A stretch of 33,292 nt of DNA from Squatina squatina (Eukaryota). A program made the translations under genes and the position numbers. Shown piece by piece: positions 11,671 to 21,860 of the stretch (the stretch's first letter is position 1; each line of letters starts with the position of its first letter). The DNA is taken from the NCBI GenBank assembly GCA_031763465.1, contig JARFOE010000004.1, positions 5,886,592 through 5,919,883 of the forward strand, given 5' to 3'. The notes beneath the pieces are model-generated. The model saw nothing but the letters and a program-made list of their open reading frames with translations. It was not told the origin of the DNA and searched no databases.

Positions 11671-13533
11671 CCGCCGCCATCTTGAACACCATAAGGTGCT
11701 GAAAAAATTTACAGCAGCCGTCATTTTCACCACCACGAGACACCGTGAAACGGAGCAACCACCCTTATAGATTTAACTTGGACTGAGGACTGAGTTTAAA
11801 AAAAATAGAAAGAAAAGTGCCTCCTTGCAGAAACTTGTGAGTTAAGGTCGTGTGTGTAAAAAGATAAACTTTCTTCTAAAAGTAGAAATATTGCATGCCT
11901 GTTCGGAAGTTAAAGTATTACTTTACTGCTGTACAGTAATTATTAGAATTGTATACTTGGTTAAAACACTGTAATTAGAGTTAAAGTTAGTGTAAGCCAC
12001 ACTAATTGCCTGTAATTATACAGCTAAATTCTAATTAATACTACGCTAACGACAGAANNNNNNNNNNNNNNNNNNNNNNNNNNNNNNNNNNNNNNNNNNN
12101 NNNNNNNNNNNNNNNNNNNNNNNNNNNNNNNNNNNNNNNNNNNNNNNNNNNNNNNNNATAACGTAAGAGGCAATGGTGTTTCAGCTGCTCCCTGAGACTT
12201 GCAGCTGCCCATGCCTGAAGTGCGATCATAGTAATCAATTTGCTTTCACTTCATGGCTGTTTAAACAACTTGTCAGAGCACAGTGTAACCTTCTCATCTG
12301 GGTCACATGGAACATCTATTTAATATAGGTTGCCATGTTGCTCCTTGTGGATGAGTAGTTTGGTAATGTTTCCTGTAATATGATTATAATGAGAGTGCTT
12401 GTTTTTATCAGATTGCAAAAAAATGACTTCCTTATTGCAGCATCAGCAGCAACATTAGAGATTAAATGACCTTTTATTAACAGAAAGAGATACATACAGC
12501 ACGGAAACTAAACCAAGCCAAATTTACCAGGGGCAATAAACAAATATCATTCAAGCTCTAATACCTTGAAATTAGGCTGTTTGGATATTGTCGTGGAAAC
12601 ACTTAATGCATTCGCATGGAATTCCTTTCTATTTTAAGGCACACAATGACCCATTTACAATAAAAGGTTAACACTGCTGTTAAAATAATGAACAAGGAAA
12701 ATTTGATACGCTGCTATTCCGATAGATTTACTCCAGATATTTTGCTCATGCTCTGTGCCAAAGACTACTCTTGTAAACAAGTCTGCACTCCCAAAGAATT
12801 GGAGTGTGAGTTGATGCATGCAATAACTGCTGATGTAGTGTTTCCCATGGGTTGAACTGAAACCCTTGTTACTGTAATAGATTACTGACCCAATACCAGT
12901 CCTCTTGTCTCCTACCACTTTTTGGATGTCGAAAGAATAAACACTATCAGACTTTGTAACTTAGGTGATGAACTATGATTCAAATCAGGATGAAGTCAAT
13001 AATCGGGTCTCACTTGACAGTGCTTCTAACTTCTGCTTCCTTATGTGCAAAAATACCAAAATACACTTAAATAACTCTCAGTGATACCAATGTCTGTTTA
13101 AAAAAAAGTTATGTATGAGGTTTTAATTACCATTGAGTGTTTATGTATTCACTTCATTCTCAATGAATCCAGAAGTACTTAAGAATTGGGGAAAGGATTG
13201 CTGAATATGTCTCATTGCCTGCCATAAAGCTGTCAGTCAGGCCCAGCACCCTCCTCTCCCCACTTCCCCCACCAAGACACCCTGTGGGACATCTTGACCT
13301 CTTTCCACATTATAGGCACAGTTACTTGAATACAAATTTCATAAGCCTTTGTCACTGCAATAAAAGGCACAATGGCACAGATGTCTTTACAAATCAAAAA
13401 ATATAATATAATGTTTTATAATCAATAGGCAGGTACCTGCCACAGTTAACATTTCTACTAAAAGAGCAGGCAAAGGAATGCCTCTGTTAAAATAACAGGC
13501 AAAGGCTTTTCACATGCTGCTATTTAAAGACTT

Positions 13534-13700
13534 AGGGCGGCCAATTCGCGATTTTTGCGTTTCTAGCGCTAAGCGCCGAACTTAGCGCTAGAAGTGAGAT
13601 TCTTAGAAAATTTTCAGTGACGCCCCCAATTATCCACTTTACAACTTGAGCGTTCAAACACGTGCAAACTTTAGCCTTAAAGGGCCCATAGTGAACTGAC
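13534..13700. mobile_element. Left end of a GC-rich non-autonomous DNA transposon (PIF/Harbinger-like), cut off by a gap
   Basis: It begins TTA|GGGCGGCCAATT with an abrupt rise in CpG content and carries a perfect 13-bp subterminal hairpin at 13561-13593. Confidence 0.5.
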
Positions 13701-14239
13701 NNNNNNNNNNNNNNNNNNNNNNNNNNNNNNNNNNNNNNNNNNNNNNNNNNNNNNNNNNNNNNNNNNNNNNNNNNNNNNNNNNNNNNNNNNNNNNNNNNNN
13801 TCAAAGGCAGTGAGCTTTTGCATTGCAAAATGCTCTCTTCTAGTTGTATTATTGAAGTCAAATTCAAGGCTTTGTCCCTGTGACCTGGTCTACCATTCAC
13901 TGAAACCTAGCAGCTGGCATCAATTCCTTCCATAAAGTATCAGTGCACGTTAAGTTTTAAGTGCAGACATGAAATTGCTTTCCTTCTGTGAAGCTTCCAA
14001 CACACCTTTTACTAGTTTCTATGCATCACTGTATTCTTTGTTTTTTGCAGAGTTGTGTTTCAATCAATAAGTTACATTCATTTTTCCCAAAACAATTGGT
14101 GCACTGAACGGAATAGAGCTTTCTTTAAGATGATTACTCTGCAATGCAAACTGTTCGACTGACCTTCATTTACTTTACAGCAAATCCGATCAAGTAATGA
14201 TCACTGACATTGTCCATTTGGATTTCTTTTCTTTCACAG

Positions 14240-14434
14240 TTTTGCCAAGTCACACATGCGGTAATCCGGGCATAATACTGAAAGGAGTTCTACACGGCAC
14301 CAGATTCAATATTGGGGATAAAATTCGTTACACCTGTGTCACGGGCTACATCCTGGAGGGTCATGCAATACTAACCTGTATTGTTAGTCCAGGAAATGGA
14401 GCATCATGGGACTTTCCACCACCTTTTTGCAGAG
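14240..14434 (+). CDS. CSMD1: CSMD1-like internal coding exon, 195 nt, phase 1-1, first Sushi/CCP domain (about human exon 4)
   Basis: Acceptor tttcttttctttcacAG ends at 14239 and donor G|GTAATG starts at 14435. Translation (V)[64 protein letters not shown] has the four Sushi cysteines and the conserved Trp. It is nearly identical to human CSMD1 Sushi 1 as recalled from memory ([33 protein letters not shown]...). Confidence 0.95.
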
Positions 14435-15118
14435 GTAATGCCACAATAATAATACATTGTTCAAGCAAAATCCACAGAGGTGCACACATTGTGGATTGTT
14501 AAGAGCCTGTGGGTGCTAAAGATGTTAACACAAACAATTTATCTCTGTGATGTTAAGTCCCCAGGCAATAAGCATTTAACATGTTGGGTTCTGAGAAATT
14601 TTAACACATCTGTCATGTTTCTTGTGTTTAAGCCATCCGTGTGTAATATTGCCGGTACCACAGCTAATGTGTTACTGTATCTCTATGAAACAATTCAAGG
14701 CAGACATTGAAGAACAATTCCTTTCTTTAACAGACATACATGGTGCTTCGTATCAAAATGTTGCAAAACGATTATTTTCCAGATCTATAGTTTCTCAATT
14801 AACTTTAAATTTAATAGCCAATTGATCTAAATTGCAGTACATTTTAACATTGAGAGTGGAAGGATTAATAGATATCTGAGAAGTGATTCAGAAAGAGCAT
14901 GATACTAGCAGAATCAGATCTGTTTTACAACGAAAAGCCGTAAGATTCTCGACCAATGTGAGATACTTTTATTTGGAACAACTATTTGATTTAAATTTTA
15001 ATCACTCTTGATTCTGGANNNNNNNNNNNNNNNNNNNNNNNNNNNNNNNNNNNNNNNNNNNNNNNNNNNNNNNNNNNNNNNNNNNNNNNNNNNNNNNNNN
15101 NNNNNNNNNNNNNNNNNN

Positions 15119-15200
15119 CTGGTCAAATTTGCAGATATTCCCAAACTAGGAGGGGCAGGGGAATCAAAGGCATTAGCCCAGTATTTACAGATGAGATAAA
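15119..15200 (+). mobile_element. CR1 RT fragment, 5' half of an interrupted copy
   Basis: LVKFADIPKLGGAG...LQ is a decayed KFADDTKLGG catalytic motif. Confidence 0.8.
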
Positions 15201-15843
15201 GGGGGCAAAATTCAGTATCGCCCCATTTGGGGGGCAGTAACTGAGGCGAGGCAGGACTTCCTGCACCCGGCGTGGAGTTACCGCCCTCGAGAGGAAGTGG
15301 AGCGTAATGTTGGGTGCTCCACTTCCTCTCGGGGCGGAGCCAAGGCAGAAAGCATGCAAATGTTGCAGCGCCATTAAAGGGGAGGGCACACTGCGAGCTC
15401 TGCAGTGGGGCGAGGGGCCTCCACTGGTCCACCGGGGATGCGGGGAGCCATGGATACAGCCTGGCACAGAAGTCGAGTGCTGGGCCACACCTCCACGGCA
15501 CAGACCACACGAAATTCGGGACGAAAGCAAATGGCACCGTGCACCTCCCCTTTCATTTTCACACCACGAGCCGAGTGCGGCCTGGTTTGCAAACCGGTCG
15601 CGAGCCCAGCTGCGCAATTTCCACTACAGGACAAAAACGGGTCGGTGTGCACGGTGATGATGTCATCACCAGCAGTGCAGCAGCACGGGGAGATACCAGC
15701 GGGAACGGAGCTCTGCCGGTTTTGCGCCTCCGCTATCTCCCGCTCAGTTTTGTGGGAGCCAGTAGCACCACCCACCGAGCAAGAAATCATTTGCACCACA
15801 TTAGCGTGCCCCGGAGGATGCATCTGATGCAAATTTTTCCCCA
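15201..15843. mobile_element. About 640-bp GC-rich non-autonomous TIR element (PIF/Harbinger-like MITE) inserted in a CR1 RT
   Basis: Ends GGGGGCAAAATT and AATTTTTCCCCA are imperfectly inverted, and AAA flanks both sides (possible 3-bp TSD). CR1 coding sequence resumes exactly after it. Confidence 0.75.
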
Positions 15844-16040
15844 AAATGTGAATGGGCCATACAATGGCAGATGAAATTTAATCCAAACAAGTGTAAAGTG
15901 GTGCACAAAAGAAGGCAAAATGGGTTAGATACATAAACTGTGAATGGTTTTGAAATAGCTAAAGGTGGAGTTGAAAGAGACCTAAGAGTCTTAGTACACA
16001 TAGTGCTTAGTGTTTCAATCAATAAAGTCAATAGAATGCT
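15844..16040 (+). mobile_element. CR1 RT fragment, 3' half of the interrupted copy
   Basis: CEWAIQWQMKFNPNKCKVVH...GGVERDLRVLV matches CR1 W...WQM.FN..KC..MH...EKDLGV. Confidence 0.85.
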
Positions 16041-17061
16041 ACACGTCAGGTGATTAACACTGGATTCATGCGGTCACAACTGCCTATGCATTCTAGGATC
16101 CTGGGTGCAATGTGATGAACGTCCCCGAATGGGTGCAAGTGGCAGCAACTTGCCAATACCATCTGAGAGCCTGGCTGGTTTTGCGGCAGGGATGAATGGA
16201 CTGTTGAACCAACGTAAAACGCGGACACTCGGGCGTAAAGTGGTTACGGGAGCAACTCGCTGACATTCAAAATTCCACGATCTCTGGCGCTATTTCATTT
16301 CAGTCCACCCAAATTATGCTATATCTGGATGGAAATCATGTGGAAACTCCTTGGCCACATTTTTGCCCTATTACAGCTTATATCACATTGCTGACTGAAT
16401 GACACTGTGGAGAAATCAAAGTGAAATTTTACAGTGGACTGCTAATGCAGAGACAGTGTACAACAAGCATTATAAGCAGTCATTGTCCAAGATTCATTTG
16501 GGGCTGTCAAGAAACAGACTTTACCTTAATTGATATCTCTGACATTATGTGATTGGAGATTCAAATACGTCACTTGATTGTACATCACAGAGATATCTGC
16601 CAGGATCTGCTTATTGTCATCGTTCACTTATGCTAGCCATTAATTTGGCAACAGGAAGCAGGTCTTTGATGAGTGAATGAATCTTTGCAGTCTGAGCTGA
16701 ACTATAAATTTTAATTGCATCAGCCAAATAAAAGTGGAACTCTCCATTATGGCTCGAATTCATCTTCATGTCCAAAGAGCTTCATCACTGCAACATTTTA
16801 TAACTTTTTAATATGCATGATGTCTAATTACTGTGAGCTGAATAAATATCCCAGTGCAGCCAAGGAAGCTGTCGCACAATTACCAGGCTGCTTCAGCATC
16901 CTACATGTTGGGTAGAAGAAAATGATTATAGAGTGCTGTGGTGTCATTAAAATTGATTGAAGCGTTTAGAAAAAAAATTATGTCTTTTTTGTTAAGTAAG
17001 CAAAATTGGGCTGTTTTTTTCTGAATGCAGTCCCTCTGTCAATAGCTTTGCCTGCTAAAAG

Positions 17062-17336
17062 TAAGGTTGCCATCCCTCCAGGATTGGCCTGGAGTCTCCA
17101 GGAGTTAAAGATTAATCTCTGGGACACTGCAGCGAGCAACTCTGGGAGAAAAATCATGGGGGCATTAAAAAAAAGTGGTGCATGTTTTTACTCATTTTCT
17201 TTGAATTCTTCTGTGTACTATTTATAGAAATATTGAAGATGGAAAAAAAAGCTGTTTGACTGACAGTCAAGAATCATCCAATCGGGTAATCGCTCTTCAA
17301 TTGGCGTTGGAAGGTGGGACACCGTGAAGATGGGCG
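17062..17336. mobile_element. hAT (Blackjack-like) non-autonomous element, left end, cut off by a gap
   Basis: It starts TAAGGTTGCCA, close to the TAGGGTTGCCA-type TIR, followed by tccagga/cctgga subterminal repeats. The right end is not visible. Confidence 0.5.
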
Positions 17337-18259
17337 NNNNNNNNNNNNNNNNNNNNNNNNNNNNNNNNAGAAATATTACATATATATTTTTTAAAGAATT
17401 CCCAGTCACAGTGTTACAAAGCAAAGTAACACTTTCAGCATGCTCCTTTCTGACTGACAAAATCATCTTATATAAGATCGAGGTTTCCGATTCAGCAAAT
17501 AAATGAAGAGAGAAAGAATGAGATCTCGTCCCTCAGAGGCAGACCAGCTCCATCATTGCCATTTCTCTAGCAATCTTACTGTTGCTTCAACAGTCTGCAG
17601 TTTGCTTTAATTCAGGTATCTGAGGACAGCTGTCCTCATTTATAGTTTTACACTGAGTAATTCACAACTGACCTAAGGGTTTGTGAACACAGGCTAAATG
17701 ATTAAATGGACCTGAAACTTGGGAAGTGATTGCATGATAGCCAACAGCAGAGAGAATAATCTACTCTTTCCTTGGCTACTTTCCAGTTCTTCCTTTCTGT
17801 CAATCAACCATGCTTCACTAATGTGTCAACATACAGGTGTTTTCATTCAGTATTTTTACAGGTACTGAATCAGGTCTGAGGATAATAAAACTATAATTGG
17901 CCAAAAATGAACAATAAGATGGCGGTGAGTTGGCTAATCCTCAGATCCATAGAAAGATCTCTGTTTTTCATTCTTGACAAATAGTAAGAAANNNNNNNNN
18001 NNNNNNNNNNNNNNNNNNNNNNNNNNNNNNNNNNNNNNNNNNNNNNNNNNNNNNNNNNNNNNNNNNNNNNNNNNNNNNNNNNNNNNNNNNNAGGAATTTA
18101 TTGCATGATGTTAACTTAGGAATTACCATAGCAGACAAATGATCAGCTTATAAATAAATCAGACCATTAAATCAATGCAATCAGCTAGGTATAAAGATGC
18201 CTTCTCACAGTGTGTAGTGTTGATGGGAAGTGGCTTTGCTTCTCAATGACACTGTTGTA

Positions 18260-18877
18260 GGGGTCGACATTGTGGCATGAATTGTATGCAAGGAACGATC
18301 CCTGCACCGGAACAGTTCGGCCCAAGGCCCGATCAGCCTCAGGCCTCATTGCAAGTAGACTGGTGAGATGTGGAAGCCTTTTGCGCCTTCACAAGCTGTC
18401 ATTGGAACAGCAGATATCAATCTGGTTGGGGTGGGCTATGAGAGGAGTTCAATTGTGTAGTCAGGGGAGCACTCCTGTTCTTCCTGGCTCCACAGGAATG
18501 TTTTTAAAAAAAATAAATGCATAATTTAACTTTTGTTGGTAGCCACTGAAGAATCTTGGGTGGGGCAATCCCAACACCTGATCCAGGATTTACCATCTGG
18601 GGCCTACAAAAATAATCTGGGTTGTGGCTGCCCCCATTACTCCCACCATCTGCTAGCCCGACATTCCCTCAACATACCTTGCTGGTGGATGCACCGTCCC
18701 AATCTTGTGACGTTAATCTGATGTGCTACTCCTCGACGCCTGTTTGGCATATCGCAGCTTGCCTGCCAAATTTAAACAAGGCTGGGCCCTGAAAATTGCT
18801 GGACTTCTTCGCCATGCGAACAGGTGGTCGACTTGCACACTTCGCTGGTCAGTCACCCAAAAATTAAAATCGATCCC
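18260..18877. mobile_element. Older GC-richer element with degenerate TIRs
   Basis: The left end GGGGTCGACATT matches the reverse complement of the right end, GGGATCGATTTT, at 9 of 12 positions. GC is raised between them, and there is no clean TSD. Confidence 0.4.
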
Positions 18878-19493
18878 AGTGAAAGAAGTAGCCAGAAACT
18901 GGTGTTGGGGATGTCGGATAACAACGTGAATATGCAACAATTGTTTCTATGCACAAGACAATGGTCTTTGTACCTTACACTCTAAAATCATCTAATGGTT
19001 GGTTCACTGCTTTGATACAGATTTTCTATCAGTGCTGCATTGGTTTAGTCTGACTGAACGAATACTAACGCATCAGTGAATGATCAATCTTTGTTGCTTG
19101 AAACTTTTACTTTATCTTAATAGTTATTATGCTGGCTTAGAGAAATTAAAAAGAAAATTAAAAACAGGAAAGTAATAGAAAGATGAAAAAATATGCCCAT
19201 AAGCAACTCCCTATGCTACATTTCTGCATTCACAGAAGCAATTTTAATTATTTGTTCCAAGCTTAAATATGAATGTTACTACTCACCACAGACAACTTAA
19301 TGAGATTTTAATTCTTCAAACAAATTAGTTTTGTGTTTAAAGTGCTCACTTTTGGGGGTTGTTTATGGTATTTTATCAGTGAAGTGTCCTCATNNNNNNN
19401 NNNNNNNNNNNNNNNNNNNNNNNNNNNNNNNNNNNNNNNNNNNNNNNNNNNNNNNNNNNNNNNNNNNNNNNNNNNNNNNNNNNNNNNNNNNNN

Positions 19494-19572
19494 TGTGTGG
19501 AGCAAATACCAGCATCGATCAACTGGGCTGAATGGCCTGTTTCTGTGCTGTAAATACCATGCAATTCTATGT
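19494..19572 (+). mobile_element. CR1-type 3' tail
   Basis: tgggctgaatggcctgtttctgtgctgtaaa...ttctatgt. The same tail begins on the minus strand at 4210-4231 (aaacaggccattcggcc). Confidence 0.7.
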
Positions 19573-20184
19573 AATGTAACGAGAAAAGACAAGTTAACAT
19601 TCCAGATGTCTGTCCTTCATCAATTGTTATAATTTAATTAAGGAGACAACAATTAATTATACTGTCTGCTGCAATGTTTTATCTTTCTGCTTAATTGGGA
19701 TATTTTGGAATCATTTACTGCAACTTATTTTTACTGCAGTCATGTTTAACATCATGGAAGGAATAGGTAATATTTGCATACCACTGTAAACCTTCACTCA
19801 AAGTCAGATTTCATTATATTGCTCATATGGTACTCTCTTCACTGCTGTCATTTTTTTTAAAATTCAAAATAAAACAATTTTGACAGCAATCGTGACATGC
19901 AGAAAATTAGCTTGTTAAAATATGTTCCTGGGAAGCCACATCTGTAATTGGAGGAGCCATTGCAGCCTTATGATTCATGTTTGTTTGTAAGTGTTTTGCT
20001 GCCGTGGCTCTTGTTTGTTTTACGATTATTAATTAGGTCAAATTCTGTTTGTGTACAGATCCAACATAAGTGCTTTGTGTGTTCAGGTAATTACTGGTGT
20101 CAGCAATCAATCATTGTTTAGATATTTTCAAACCCCATAGTGCTACATTAGCATAGCAATTGGGCATAAAACCACTTTTTGTGC

Positions 20185-20572
20185 CCTGTTTCTCTCCTGT
20201 TTCCTCCCTCCCCCGAAGACGTTGATCGATGACCTGTTCTGGTTCCACAATTGGCAGCCATCCAGTATCTTGTCTAGGCAGCTATTTTTCCTGTGTGAAT
20301 ATACCTATCCTTAAGACGATCGGATTGTCATAGAAACCCATCTGGTTCGCTAATGTCCTTTCGGAAGGGAATGTCCACATGTGCACATGTTCCAGCAGGA
20401 TGGTATTGAGAAGCTGCAGCCTCGCGGATTTCGTTTTTCTTTTGCCCAAACCAGGGGCATAAAGGCACCCTACCTCCTTCCTAATGGATATCCGATAGCT
20501 CAGCACAGGCTGACGATTGAATCCGGGAGATTTCCTTGTCTCCAATTCCCACGCTTTCCCAAGTGAGCCTTT
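20185..20572 (-). mobile_element. Old, highly diverged SINE-like repeat (copy 1), apparently interrupted by a younger SINE fragment at 20320-20372
   Basis: It shares ordered blocks (ctcctgttt; ggttc.ac; ttccag.a.ga; caggggc/caggggat) with 24518-24796 and weaker ones with 29140-29430. Orientation is taken from the recalled family consensus. Confidence 0.5.
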
Positions 20573-21596
20573 AGAAAAGTATATTATGACATTTTTCTGA
20601 TGGGAATTGCCATATGACTGGAAGTCCAGATTTCAGAGGCTGAAGATGCATTTCTCAGTGTGACGTGTAGACCCGATCAAAAGCATCCTGTAAACAGGAG
20701 AAGTGACACAGAAACTTAGAGTTCCAAGTTGTGTAGTCAATGATATCAGATGGTTTTGCTCTGCAGTGGGCCCAACCTTTCTCAGTAGGAATAAAAATGC
20801 TAGTTGTATNNNNNNNNNNNNNNNNNNNNNNNNNNNNNNNNNNNNNNNNNNNNNNNNNNNNNNNNNNNNNNNNNNNNNNNNNNNNNNNNNNNNNNNNNNN
20901 NNNNNNNNNGACACCCACATCCCAGGAACGAATATTTTTTTTTAAAAAGTGCATGATTTTAAGCTCTCTAAGTAAAAGAGAAAACTGTCCATAAAGTTCA
21001 GAGCAGGGAAAATTTAAAAAGGAGGATCAAGTACTTTTTAGCTCATTCCTCCTGGAAAGTTATGTAACACTGAACAGTTTGCACTTGATCAAACCTGCTC
21101 TTGCTGAAGAAAATGTGTAATTAATGTGTAATGTGTAATTATGTGTAAATAATAAAAATAATAAAAATGTGTAATTAATCTGACTGATTTACGAAAGAAA
21201 CAAATGCATGGTGCAGTTTGTATATAAGATTGTTTCCCCAGGGAATCACTAATGGGTCTCGACTCATCAAGCTCCTCATACATAAATATGTTGGTCTAAA
21301 ATGATGGAACCAAAAGCTGCCACCAGAAGCAATGAACTATTATGGTTACTAAGACTAAACTAATTTAATATGTTCATTCTCATAGCCTTCATCATTTCAC
21401 TGAGCAATCAGTATTAAGCTCAAATGGAAAACGTCAGAAGTGATGGCTCCTTTTTATGTAGCAGGACAAACCCATAGTAACAGCTTGTTTAAAAATAAAA
21501 TGACATTCCTTTTCCCACTGGTAAGATTTTTTTTTCAGGAAACAGCAATTATCCTTATAAATTGTGCATTACCTGTCTAGTCAGAAGCAGATACAC

Positions 21597-21860
21597 CATA
21601 GAAACATAGAAGATAGGAGCAGGAGTAGGCCATTCAGCCCTTCGAGTCTGCTCCACCATTCAATGAGATCATGGCTGATCATCCAAATTCAGTAACCTGT
21701 TCCCGCTTTCTCCCCATATCCCTTGATCCCTTTGGCCCTAAGAACTATGTCTAACTCCCTCTTGAACATGTTCAATGATTTGGCCTCAACTAGCCTCTGT
21801 GGAAGAGAATTCCACAGATTCACCACTCTCTGGGTGAAGAAATTTCTCCTCATCTCAGTC
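21597..21860 (-). mobile_element. Young CR1 LINE 3' end
   Basis: TEMRRNFFTQRVVNLWNSLPQRLVEAKSLNMFKRELD followed by a 3' UTR and an (ttctatg)n tail on the minus strand. Confidence 0.92.

Noticed and set aside
11373-11736. Repeat array as a CRISPR locus, and the two repetitive minus-strand ORFs as genes
   Set aside because: Units are contiguous and degenerate with no unique spacers. The context is eukaryotic with no cas genes, and the ORFs just translate the minisatellite.
14197-14502. The 101-aa ORF as a standalone single-exon gene
   Set aside because: Only 14240-14434 is homologous to a Sushi domain and it is bounded by canonical splice sites. The flanks are intron read-through.
14998-15874. 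Cluster of overlapping 116-186 aa ORFs on both strands
   Set aside because: They lie in the GC-rich TIR element where stop codons are scarce, and they show no recognisable domain or DDE transposase motif.
21110-21180. (atgtgtaatt)-like and (aataaa)-like short repeats
   Set aside because: Ordinary AT-rich low-complexity slippage repeat. The AATAAA hexamers have no evidence of use as polyadenylation signals.
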